Positions 47,193-55,861 of a stretch of 64,000 nucleotides of DNA are shown piece after piece; position 1 is the first letter of the stretch, and every line of letters begins with the position of its first letter. Both the position numbers and the translations under genes were made by a program. This DNA comes from a virus (lineage: Duplodnaviria > Heunggongvirae > Uroviricota > Caudoviricetes). The stretch lies in IMG/VR virus record IMGVR_UViG_3300024348_000010; one strand, given 5' to 3'. Under the pieces are notes generated by a model. It was not told where the DNA came from. It searched no databases and saw only the letters and a list, made by a program, of their open reading frames with translations.

Positions 47193-48622
47193 GGCCCAGT
47201 GGCGCAGGTGATTGACATTAAGACTGAGTCAGTAACGCTCGCGGCAGTTTGCGATACAGTGACTCCAATTCCAGGATTATTTATTACCAATTTAAACAGC
47301 TTCTGTGCAGAACCAGATTGAGTGATATTTGCATTCAACCCACCATACGGAGCACTGACATCGAGGAAATGATTACCAGTTCCTTGTTGAAGAGTCGTAA
47401 TCACATTCGAGTTACCTAAAATGTTGAAGAACGCAGACTTTCCACCAGTATCTTTCTGTTGGGCAGTCAGTTGATTTCCTGTTCCATTCATTATTAGCTC
47501 TGCATACTTGCCATTATATTGCTGAGTCAGAGATACGGTGTTATTGTTTCCTGTCACAGAGACTTCGGCAAGATTATTACCAAGAATTGCGACCGCAGTA
47601 CCTTGATTGATAGTAATGGAGTTGTTGCTACCATTGATCAACATCGATTGAGAACCATTTACACCTCTGATAGCGTTAAACCTCGAGAACTGCTCGATGT
47701 TGACGGTATTGTTATCACCGATATTTTGAATGTAAATCGAGTTGCTCGTAATGGCATTCGTTTGACCGAGCTTGATAGTTTGATTGGTAGTAATCGATGT
47801 AGTTGGATATACTGGTTCTGCAGGAGGTGGAGGTGGTGCAGTCGGTGCCGAAGATCCTTGGTTCGGTGCAACAGGAGCAAACGTAGCACCATTCAGTGAC
47901 GTTGTTCCTTGTAACTGATCGATGAATAAGATAGGCGAAAGAGCTGTGTCACCGAGGTTGAAAGAAGAGAATCCAAGCATATAGTTGCCATCTGCTGGAA
48001 CCGTGAACACGGCAACTTGCCAGCCAGTAGCACTATAAGAGTTAGTCGAATAGTTGCCAGTTCCAGGATTTGTAAAGCCTAACAGCGCATAGTTTTGTGT
48101 TTGACCGTTGAGAGTCGGTGTTCCCGGTCCACCCGTCAAGGTGATGAGAGAACCATCGTTATACGGAACATAGTCTGTCGACAGATACTGCCAACCAAAC
48201 GAATATGTAATTCCTGCCTGCAAGAATACTGTTCGACTGACTGAAGAAGCGTTCGTAGGATACATCGATCCGTTCGAATAGATCGTGTTACGAATAGATG
48301 TAATGTTAGAAGCGCTGAGCCCAAGAGTAGTCATCGCAGCATTAAAATTGGGCGAGTTTCCTCCTGCTTGAATCGATAACATGTACGATCCATACGGAGT
48401 AATCGTCCAGCACTTACCACCGCCTGGGCAATAGTTCTGTACTCCAGTTGTCACTTGTACACCGTTACCAGTGTCGCTCCATGAAGTACGAAGTGCAGTA
48501 GATCCGTTCGACACCGTCCAACCCGCATAATTTCCATCTTCGAAACCATAGTTCGAAGGCGTCTGCGCATTTAACTGTACGCTGAACGTTAACAGTAGTA
48601 GTGTTAAGATCCATCTCATCAT
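47162..48622 (-). CDS. secreted protein with C-terminal curlin-like (Q-x-G-x-N) repeats
   Basis: Signal peptide MMRWILTLLLLTFSVQLNA. N-terminal beta-rich domain. C-terminal repeats (SITINQGTAVAILGNN, TVSLTQQYNGKYAEL, LTAQQKDTGGKSAFFNILGNSNVITTLQQGTGN). Confidence 0.5.
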   Translation of the reverse strand: MMRWILTLLLLTFSVQLNAQTPSNYGFEDGNYAGWTVSNGSTALRTSWSDTGNGVQVTTGVQNYCPGGGKCWTITPYGSYMLSIQAGGNSPNFNAAMTTLGLSASNITSIRNTIYSNGSMYPTNASSVSRTVFLQAGITYSFGWQYLSTDYVPYNDGSLITLTGGPGTPTLNGQTQNYALLGFTNPGTGNYSTNSYSATGWQVAVFTVPADGNYMLGFSSFNLGDTALSPILFIDQLQGTTSLNGATFAPVAPNQGSSAPTAPPPPPAEPVYPTTSITTNQTIKLGQTNAITSNSIYIQNIGDNNTVNIEQFSRFNAIRGVNGSQSMLINGSNNSITINQGTAVAILGNNLAEVSVTGNNNTVSLTQQYNGKYAELIMNGTGNQLTAQQKDTGGKSAFFNILGNSNVITTLQQGTGNHFLDVSAPYGGLNANITQSGSAQKLFKLVINNPGIGVTVSQTAASVTDSVLMSITCATGPCTGYSYVKN

Positions 48623-49755
48623 CTTACACCCGATTCTTGTATCACGGTGATATTTCCTTGCGGTCTACCTGTGCCAGTCGTAGTCCATTTATCATCCATA
48701 AAATTGTATGCGTCGACGACACCATTATGAGATGAAATCATTTGGATTTCAGTATCTTTTGGTAACCATACCACGACAACTTGATTCTTATCTTCAGAGA
48801 TTCTCGAGTATACCCAACCTACCTGCACCAACTTCTTAAAAGTGGGCGATACGTTCGTATAAACGGTTTCTGTAGGCCTCTTTCCAGAATTATACTCTGC
48901 ATAAATTTCTTGAAGTTCATTCTGTGTAGGCAAACGAAGTGTAGCCACCGCTACTTCTTCTACACCATCTCCGCCAGTATTTGGATCTTGGTTATCGTCA
49001 GATGCCGCTTTTGCAGGATTGACAAACTTCTTCAAAGCTTCACGAGCTGCTGTGATCAGTGATTGTCCATCATCGGTTTCGAGGGGAGAGATCTGAATAT
49101 TGTTGTCCATACCCTTCATTGAAGGATTGATGACGACAGGAGGAGCAGGAGGCGCATAAGAATTCTCGACCATCGTTGCTTGGAATGGCTGAGTCAGAGT
49201 GACGATACCTGCAGCAGTGATCACGTCGATAGCTCCTGATGGGCATTCGAAGTTGATCTTTGTGATATCTTTGTCATTGTAACATTCAGGAACAAGAACG
49301 ACTGTCGATCTGCCAGCTTCGTCGACAGACATGACAAAGTCTGTACCTCTTACGGCGATCGTTGCAGTCGGTGTACGTATACCGACACCACGAGCATTGC
49401 CATGAGCAATCGCTCCAGAAGTATATCTTGCAGTTCCTAAAGCTAGCTTCAAACCGAGCTTGCCTTTGCTCTTATTGTTTCCATCATATACGAAATCGTC
49501 GATGACCAGCCGTGAATTCTGTGTGATGTTCACAGTGGTGGCATCGACGAATCGAATCTTAAATTTACCTTGAGAATTGGTCGACACAGTATCGTTCTTC
49601 TCGATACTCGAGCCTTTAGCAGCAGGTGCAACTTTTGCACCACGCTTTACAGAACCTCCACCCTGAAATTCTGATATCGATCCCACGCCTGCAAAAGCTG
49701 GAACCGATATCAGAAAGAGTGCATTAATGGCCAGTTTTAATATTAAACGTACCAT
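48619..49755 (-). CDS. FecR-domain protein (periplasmic partner of CHASE2 cyclases)
   Basis: Signal peptide. FecR-like block (IEKNDTVSTNSQGKFKIRFVDATTVNITQNSRLVID ... IRTPTATIAVRGTDFVMSV). Confidence 0.6.
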   Translation of the reverse strand: MVRLILKLAINALFLISVPAFAGVGSISEFQGGGSVKRGAKVAPAAKGSSIEKNDTVSTNSQGKFKIRFVDATTVNITQNSRLVIDDFVYDGNNKSKGKLGLKLALGTARYTSGAIAHGNARGVGIRTPTATIAVRGTDFVMSVDEAGRSTVVLVPECYNDKDITKINFECPSGAIDVITAAGIVTLTQPFQATMVENSYAPPAPPVVINPSMKGMDNNIQISPLETDDGQSLITAAREALKKFVNPAKAASDDNQDPNTGGDGVEEVAVATLRLPTQNELQEIYAEYNSGKRPTETVYTNVSPTFKKLVQVGWVYSRISEDKNQVVVVWLPKDTEIQMISSHNGVVDAYNFMDDKWTTTGTGRPQGNITVIQESGVR

Positions 49756-50542
49756 TTGAACCCGCCGAGTTAATATTGATTACGGTTTCAGAAGCTCCGT
49801 ACTGTTGGGTTGTAATGGTGTTCAGTGTACCTGTGAGGTTCACATACAGAGAATGGCCGAATGTTCCGCCGAGACCTGTTTGTGTCACGTCGAAGTCATT
49901 GTAATCACCAGTCACGAGAATGGTTTGAGTTGCGTTAGGCGAGAGTGCATCGATGTTGAATGCATTGTTGTCACCAGTGATATCCATCGAGTTACGAATG
50001 TTTTCGCCTGAACCATGGAATACGAGCGAGTTTGAATCGCCTGTAAATCTGGCATTCAGATCAAACTTGTTACAGATAGCATCAGATTGAAGCGTGCCGC
50101 AACGAATGTCTGCAGTGTTGAGATTACCGATCTGACGAACAGTTACTGCTGCGATTCCTGTTGCTCCTGTAGCGGAGACCACGCCCATGTAGAGTTCGTT
50201 TCCGTTACCGGTTTGAACAGCGATGACACTTTGATTATCACCTCGTAAATAGATAGGATCAGCATTGTCGCCAATGATATTAGCAGTACCAGTTTGAACA
50301 ATGTTAACATCTACATTACCACCTTCTTGGTCGATATATACTTTGTTTGTTGTAGCTACTGCAGCTGCAGTCACTTCATTTGGTGACGTAGTTACAATTG
50401 CTGGTGGAGTTGGGGCTGTTGGTAGCACTGTTTGTGCAATCGCAGATGTTCCATAAAGAAGAGCAGCTCCAACGAATAAAGATTTAATTACCTTCATTTG
50501 TTGTTTCCTTTTGCTTAAATCTCCATAGACCTTTACGTTCAC
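49724..50542 (-). CDS. curlin-repeat secreted protein (CsgA/CsgB-like amyloid subunit candidate)
   Basis: Signal peptide (probable start MKVIKSLFVGAALLYGTSAIAQ near 50494). Repeats IDQEGGNVDVNIVQTGTAN, VIAVQTGNGNELY, VTQTGLGG, TTQQYGASETVININSAGSNG. Confidence 0.55.
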   Translation of the reverse strand: MNVKVYGDLSKRKQQMKVIKSLFVGAALLYGTSAIAQTVLPTAPTPPAIVTTSPNEVTAAAVATTNKVYIDQEGGNVDVNIVQTGTANIIGDNADPIYLRGDNQSVIAVQTGNGNELYMGVVSATGATGIAAVTVRQIGNLNTADIRCGTLQSDAICNKFDLNARFTGDSNSLVFHGSGENIRNSMDITGDNNAFNIDALSPNATQTILVTGDYNDFDVTQTGLGGTFGHSLYVNLTGTLNTITTQQYGASETVININSAGSNGTFNIKTGH

Positions 50543-51308
50543 CGTCCTTGATCAATTCCACAACGGCCGTTTCTATGGCTGAACGGATCGCATAACTACC
50601 TGCTTCATTCGATGTTTGTTGTCCATCGAATTCAAAAGCTTTTGTTGCCATGTCAAAAAACTTAAATGCTGTCACTCCCTCGGACGTAGAGAGCAGATTC
50701 TTCTCAACAGTGACAGAGGTCAGGACTTCTCCTGTCTGTACTGATACGAGTCGCATACTAATAGTAACTTGATCTTCTGCATACTGTTGATAAGGGCCGA
50801 TTCCAAGGAATCGTGCACCGTTACCACCAGTTTTGGTATTTGAACTATAGTCAATAATACCACCTTCAAGAATGATACCCGCAACCATCAAAGGAGGAAG
50901 TGGCTCAGCACCTTCTCCGAGTTGTTGCTCTCTCATCTGTCTTACGAGCTGACGTTCTTTAATTAAAGAATCGATGCCTACACGCTCGACTGGTTTAAAC
51001 CATTTGCCATCTCCGACATCTGCCAATGTTTTGATAACATAAGCATCTGCACCTTGAGTCACGGCTGTCGAAAAGCTGGCTTGAGTAGCAGAAGGTTTGC
51101 GTTGTCCTGTTCTATCAGTGAACGAGTAGATGGCAATCGGAATTACCTGACCGTCAAGTTCTGGTAGAGTTCTGAACAACTTAGGATTTGCAAATCTTTC
51201 TACCTCGGCATCTTCTCTCATCAGATACGACTGATTGAGATGAGGATGCACTCCGCCTGCGCAGGCAGTTGTGACAAGAAGCAGTGGAAGTAAAATTAGC
51301 TTTTTCAT
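50484..51308 (-). CDS. csgG: curli production assembly/transport lipoprotein CsgG-like outer-membrane channel
   Basis: Lipoprotein signal (LLLVTTAC). Block IAIYSFTDRTGQRKPSATQASFSTAVTQGADAYVIKTLADVGDGKWFKPVERVGIDSLIKERQLVR is collinear with E. coli CsgG (VSVYNIQDETGQFKP..SNFSTAVPQSATAMLVTALKDSRWFIPLERQGLQNLLNERKIIR). Confidence 0.8.
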   Translation of the reverse strand: MKKLILLPLLLVTTACAGGVHPHLNQSYLMREDAEVERFANPKLFRTLPELDGQVIPIAIYSFTDRTGQRKPSATQASFSTAVTQGADAYVIKTLADVGDGKWFKPVERVGIDSLIKERQLVRQMREQQLGEGAEPLPPLMVAGIILEGGIIDYSSNTKTGGNGARFLGIGPYQQYAEDQVTISMRLVSVQTGEVLTSVTVEKNLLSTSEGVTAFKFFDMATKAFEFDGQQTSNEAGSYAIRSAIETAVVELIKDGERKGLWRFKQKETTNEGN

Positions 51309-51317
51309 GACTTCTCC

Positions 51318-51758
51318 TTAAAACGCAAACGTTGCGATAGGAACAGTCACGACTGTCGTGTTACCAAATTTGTCGACAACTGTCAACGTCACAGATGTGC
51401 CAGTTTTTACATAGCTAATTGTGTTACCATCGAGATTGAACATGCCTTGCTGAGCAGAACCTTCGGCAAAGAGATTGTTTGAAAGCTGTGTGGCTAGCTG
51501 AGCATATACCTGAGAGGTAAACAGAGCCATAAACTTTGCAAGCGGAGTGTTCGAAGCTTCAGCTTTTGCAAGAGCGGCTTTTGCTGCTTCTGCATCTTTG
51601 ATTGCTTGTTCACGAGAACGTTCTTGCGCATCGATTGCCTGCACATGTTGTGACCATCCATATCCATTGAAGGACGGACTTTTAAACTGCTGTACGAGTG
51701 GATCAGCTTTTGCTGGGCTGCTTAGTATCAGAGCTAGCAGGAGCAGACTCTTTTTCAT
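51318..51758 (-). CDS. csgF: CsgF-like curli assembly protein
   Basis: Signal peptide from the internal Met. Mature N-terminus LVQQFKSPSFNGYG matches the CsgF N-terminal motif (TFQFRNPNFGGNP). C-terminal beta-strand tail. Confidence 0.6.
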   Translation of the reverse strand: MKKSLLLLALILSSPAKADPLVQQFKSPSFNGYGWSQHVQAIDAQERSREQAIKDAEAAKAALAKAEASNTPLAKFMALFTSQVYAQLATQLSNNLFAEGSAQQGMFNLDGNTISYVKTGTSVTLTVVDKFGNTTVVTVPIATFAF

Positions 51759-51832
51759 CTTTCTTTTCCCTCTTAAAAGGTATATCTTTGTTCGAAGAAA
51801 GACTAAATTCAAGTGTGAAGATCTTGATGATT

Positions 51833-52096
51833 TCAATCTTTAGATTTATGTTCACTGTGATCTTCCTTTATCTGCAATACAACGTTCACCTTCTGATTCA
51901 ATCGAATAAGATCGTTATCCAACATACGGACACGATCAATCAACGCAATTAAAATTACATTTGTTTCGCCAATCAATGGCATTAGTTTATCTGTTACGAA
52001 CTTATAGATGAACCACACAAAATAACCCATGCCGACCGCTGCGACAATTGGAAATCCATATTGTTTTACCAGTTCTGCAATTATTTGTGGATCCAT
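51833..52096 (-). CDS. small single-TM membrane protein (paralog A)
   Basis: 87 aa. GFPIVAAVGMGYFVWFIYKF...DRVRMLDNDLIRL. Paralogous to the next ORF. Confidence 0.45.
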   Translation of the reverse strand: MDPQIIAELVKQYGFPIVAAVGMGYFVWFIYKFVTDKLMPLIGETNVILIALIDRVRMLDNDLIRLNQKVNVVLQIKEDHSEHKSKD

Positions 52097-52383
52097 TAAT
52101 CTTTCCGAGCATCGTTCTTCCCGTCTGCTCGTGCGATTCTGTCGAGATCTGGCTTCAGACCAAGAGCGGAACTTACAACTGCATCAACGCGAATAATATC
52201 ATGGTTCATTGTCTTGACTCGATTGTCAAGCCCCATAATAATACCCTGCATTCCCTTGATTGCCTTCACGACACTCTCAAGAATGTAGTTGATAACGAAG
52301 TAAACGAAAACCCCACCGAGCAATGCTGCTGCGATGGGGAATCCGACATCACCAATAAGTTTGAATATAGTATCGTAACCCAT
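52096..52383 (-). CDS. small single-TM membrane protein (paralog B)
   Basis: GFPIAAALLGGVFVYFVINY...DNRVKTMNHDIIRV. Start placed at the internal Met to avoid overlap. Confidence 0.45.
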   Translation of the reverse strand: MGYDTIFKLIGDVGFPIAAALLGGVFVYFVINYILESVVKAIKGMQGIIMGLDNRVKTMNHDIIRVDAVVSSALGLKPDLDRIARADGKNDARKD

Positions 52384-52396
52384 AGGACTATTTATA

Positions 52397-53410
52397 CTAT
52401 TTCGTGACTGATGCGCTACACTTTGTACAAATGTTGTTGTAGGCTCTGTCGATGGTCTCGACGTGCTTCTCGCTGTGCCACATTTCACTCAGTTCTTGTT
52501 CAAGAATGTTACCAAAGATATAATCAAAGTTATAATCATTGCAGCAAAGGATTGCATCTCCGTTTGAATTGACGCTTAGCCACTCGTAGTTTCGATCGCC
52601 CCAGTTTTGACAACCAACGACCGTACGATTCTTCATACGATCTTTCATGTATTCTTCTTCGGTAATATACTGACCGATAAGGCCAGTACGATCGATCAGA
52701 TCAGACTTCTCAACGTCAAATTTAGGGAACAGCTTAGTAGCAATATCTACTTGTCTCTGATGCTCGCCTGTCTGCATGTCAAGATCGATGCCAAGTTCTT
52801 CAAACTTTGGGCCTTTCTTCAAAGATCCTGTCTTAAACGAGAGTTCGTTGACACCATTGACGATCAGCTTCACTCTTCCTTGTAACTTACGTGTCACAGG
52901 ATGATCATGCAAGTTTTGAAGGTTTGTCATGACATCATCGAATCGTTTCGCAGGAAAGCCTGATCGTTTGGACCAAACTTCTGCATTCTCATAAGCAGGA
53001 ATGTTGAGTGCGATTTCCTGAATGACAGAGGGAGTATACTTATTGATGATATCGAGTTTTTCTGGAGTGAGATTGACACCGTTACTCAGAATGAAAGTCT
53101 TGAGTCCGTAGTGTTTTGCCAACTCGAGTAGCTTCTCGAAGTCTTTGTAAAGCAGCACCTCGCTGTAGTGTGTGGTGAGAAAGAGCTCGAAGTCAGGACT
53201 GACTACGCCATTTGGTGTCTCTCGTTCGACAATAAGTTTTCGAAAGATCTTCTCGACGTCCTCGATAGGCATCTGCTTCATGCCAGATTCTGGCTGAGGA
53301 ATGTACTTGACAGGACAATACCAGCATTTGGCATTACAGAACCCAAAAAGGTCGATAGCCAAACGCTGGATCTGATAGGCTTTTAACCTAGAACGAATAA
53401 ATGTAGACAA
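52397..53410 (-). CDS. radical SAM enzyme with C-terminal Cys-rich (SPASM/twitch-like) extension
   Basis: CNAKCWYC (CxxxCxxC) near the N-terminus. C-terminal CQNW...CCNDYNF...CTKCSAS. Confidence 0.65.
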   Translation of the reverse strand: MSTFIRSRLKAYQIQRLAIDLFGFCNAKCWYCPVKYIPQPESGMKQMPIEDVEKIFRKLIVERETPNGVVSPDFELFLTTHYSEVLLYKDFEKLLELAKHYGLKTFILSNGVNLTPEKLDIINKYTPSVIQEIALNIPAYENAEVWSKRSGFPAKRFDDVMTNLQNLHDHPVTRKLQGRVKLIVNGVNELSFKTGSLKKGPKFEELGIDLDMQTGEHQRQVDIATKLFPKFDVEKSDLIDRTGLIGQYITEEEYMKDRMKNRTVVGCQNWGDRNYEWLSVNSNGDAILCCNDYNFDYIFGNILEQELSEMWHSEKHVETIDRAYNNICTKCSASVTK

Positions 53411-53568
53411 AATTCACCTCACAAAAAACTATAGTAAGGTTATTTATTCAGCATTTAGGAACAGCTCGTCAAACTTCTTTAGCCACATCGCTTTAAACGC
53501 AGGGTTTTCAGCGCGCTTCGATGCCACGAGAACGTTCTTTAAACGCCGAGCAAGGACACGATCAAACT

Positions 53569-53859
53569 TCATACAATAACTCCTACAATCAAAATAGAAA
53601 CAATAAAGGCATTGACAACAAACAGTGCCTTATCCTTGGCAACCACTGCCACGTAAGCCCAAAGTCCAGCACCAAAGATCGAGAGAATAAGATCTACGGC
53701 GTGGAACTCAAAGGCTCGGCACGATGCGGCGATGATGACACAGATGGTGCCGAGCCATTTGATGGTTTCCAGAAAATTAGTCACGCTGGTAATTCTCCAA
53801 CAGAGTGAAGCCGAACGAAGAGCAGTAATAAAGCTGACCGTTATATTCGAGGATGTCAC
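53569..53859 (-). CDS. hypothetical membrane protein
   Basis: 96 aa, hydrophobic. Overlaps the next ORF by 83 nt, so one of the two may be mis-started. Confidence 0.3.
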   Translation of the reverse strand: MTSSNITVSFITALRSASLCWRITSVTNFLETIKWLGTICVIIAASCRAFEFHAVDLILSIFGAGLWAYVAVVAKDKALFVVNAFIVSILIVGVIV

Positions 53860-54112
53860 CGACTGACATCGAAGAAACAGCGGATGTCACCTTCTGTACT
53901 TTGTCGTTATGCCAAAGGTTCATGCACTTGAAAGCTTCTTCCATATCGCGAGTATCGACGTTTGCAACGTGAGTGTAATACTGGAAGTTCTCAGCTTTGA
54001 AAGTACCTTCGAAGTTACGATCGAAGTAAGCCTTGATGCGATCGCTAGTTTCACCGTCATTGATCATGTCGATCTCGGCGTTGGTAAGTTGGATCTGATA
54101 AACCTTAATCAT
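53777..54112 (-). CDS. hypothetical protein
   Basis: 111 aa. Conserved promoter-like element and AGGAAG RBS upstream. Confidence 0.45.
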   Translation of the reverse strand: MIKVYQIQLTNAEIDMINDGETSDRIKAYFDRNFEGTFKAENFQYYTHVANVDTRDMEEAFKCMNLWHNDKVQKVTSAVSSMSVGDILEYNGQLYYCSSFGFTLLENYQRD

Positions 54113-54119
54113 TTTTTTC

Positions 54120-54172
54120 TTCCTTCTTGATTATAGTTCCACCTTATATTGTTTTCGATATAATGTACACAA
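54120..54172 (-). promoter_or_regulatory. conserved promoter-like element (variant)
   Basis: TTGATTATAGTTCCACCTTATATTGTTTTCGATATAATGTACAC. Confidence 0.5.
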
Positions 54173-54208
54173 AAAAACGCACTCAGAACAAGTCCGAATG
54201 CGTTTTTT
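54172..54208. terminator. bidirectional rho-independent terminator
   Basis: AAAAAAACGCACTC...GAATGCGTTTTTTT hairpin flanked by A-run and T-run. Confidence 0.55.
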
Positions 54209-54219
54209 TCAAAAAGATT

Positions 54220-54672
54220 TTAGCGATCTGTGTTAGGAAAGCTTTCTGCGAAACGTTGGTCGCCGTGGCTATGCCATGTTCCTTTGACCTGAACTCGCAG
54301 ATACATGTTATGACGAGCGCCATATTCATAGATCCATGACAAGACGCTCGGCGTTATTTCTTTGCCAGTCTCTCGTACTTCAAGATATGATCCGCCTTCC
54401 CAATCGCGATGCGTTAAGATCACACCTGAGAGATCTGGTCGAAACCATTCTGGAAATACTTTCTTATCATCGAGCATCCACGAACAGAAGTAACTTGTGC
54501 ATGTCTGTGGTCGAAACTCGTAGATAGTACACGTGGTTCCAAAGAAGTGACATGGCCTACCAGGGAACATTTCATGTCCATTGATATTCGCGCTCTGCCA
54601 TCCTTCGCAACATGCAGTGCAGTCACCGCACTTGCGATTCATCACATTTGTCGTGGCTCTATTCGTTGCCAT
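54220..54672 (-). CDS. Cys-rich protein (YkgJ/CxxCxxCC Fe-S or Zn-chelating domain-like)
   Basis: CGDCTACCEGW then PCHFFGTTCTIYEFRPQTCTSYFC. Confidence 0.4.
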   Translation of the reverse strand: MATNRATTNVMNRKCGDCTACCEGWQSANINGHEMFPGRPCHFFGTTCTIYEFRPQTCTSYFCSWMLDDKKVFPEWFRPDLSGVILTHRDWEGGSYLEVRETGKEITPSVLSWIYEYGARHNMYLRVQVKGTWHSHGDQRFAESFPNTDR

Positions 54673-54824
54673 TTTTGGTTGGATACCTCTGATGATACGA
54701 ATCTTCGATATTCTCTCCGAAGAAATCGATATCAAGTTCGTTGAGTTCCTTGACAAGGCGATAGCCAAAATAGGAAAGGATTCCTACGACTGCGATGCCA
54801 GCAACTCCAGCTACGACCTTCTTA

Positions 54825-55412
54825 TTATCCATTTTCTTTCAACCAGTTTAAGATGTTTTCTGGAGAAGTCTCGCCGTATGGATCTTCTCCGGCATTGTCT
54901 TCCATGCCAGGTTCGATGAACCACTTCTCGATCTTGCCGTTATTGACGATACATGCATAACGCCATGAACGTTCGCCAAAACCAAGATTGTCCTTGGCGA
55001 CACTCATCTTCATCTTATGAGTGAACTTAGCAGATCCATCAGGAATCATCTTCACCTTCTTGATCTTCTGTTGCTTAGCCCAGCAGTTCATCACAAAAGC
55101 ATCGTTGACCGATACACAGAGAATGTCGTCGATACCCAATTCCTTAAACGCTTTGAAGTTTTCTTCGAAGCCAGGAAGTTGGTATGTCGAGCATGTTGGT
55201 GTGAAGGCACCAGGAAGTGAGAAGAGAACTACACGCTTCTTTGCAAAGTAGTCGAATGAAGTCTTGTCTTCCCAGCGATACGGATTATCTCCGCCAATCG
55301 ACTCATCGCGACCGCGAGTCTTAAATACGACGTTAGGAACAATTTCAGGAAGTTCCTGAGTGTTATCATCATACTTGTTCCATGAACGTTTAACCGAAAT
55401 TGTTTCTACCAT
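54825..55412 (-). CDS. peroxiredoxin (Prx5-like, AhpC/TSA family)
   Basis: LPGAFTPTCS peroxidatic Cys motif. Second Cys in ILCVSVND. Confidence 0.75.
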   Translation of the reverse strand: MVETISVKRSWNKYDDNTQELPEIVPNVVFKTRGRDESIGGDNPYRWEDKTSFDYFAKKRVVLFSLPGAFTPTCSTYQLPGFEENFKAFKELGIDDILCVSVNDAFVMNCWAKQQKIKKVKMIPDGSAKFTHKMKMSVAKDNLGFGERSWRYACIVNNGKIEKWFIEPGMEDNAGEDPYGETSPENILNWLKENG

Positions 55413-55861
55413 AATTATTCCTTACCAATGATGGATTGCATTTGCAATCAGAAAAATGTTTGCTATGATGGCTTGTACGATTAAAAGAGTCCGGATCAAA
55501 GCGACTCTATCAGACTCGCGATCACATGAACTTGCTTTTTCACCTAAGGCTTTTGCCCAAATACGCCACATAACTAACTCCATGAATAAAGCGAAGTGAG
55601 AGGATTCAGTTGTACCTCCAAGGCCTAGTCAATTACTATCTGTAATTTCAGCCTACGACTCGTTCCTGGTTAGGGGAAGTACCACTTCCCGAGTCTACCT
55701 TATCCCCACTGACGAGGGGATTATTCAGTCACACTTCTTACACCGTCCGTCGACAGTGATATCTTATTTGCTCTGCAGGATCTTCCCCTGCGTACCAGCC
55801 TCATGGCCGGATCTTAGTCTCAATGCACGCCGTCCGTGTCCCAGATCAAGAGCAAAATTAA

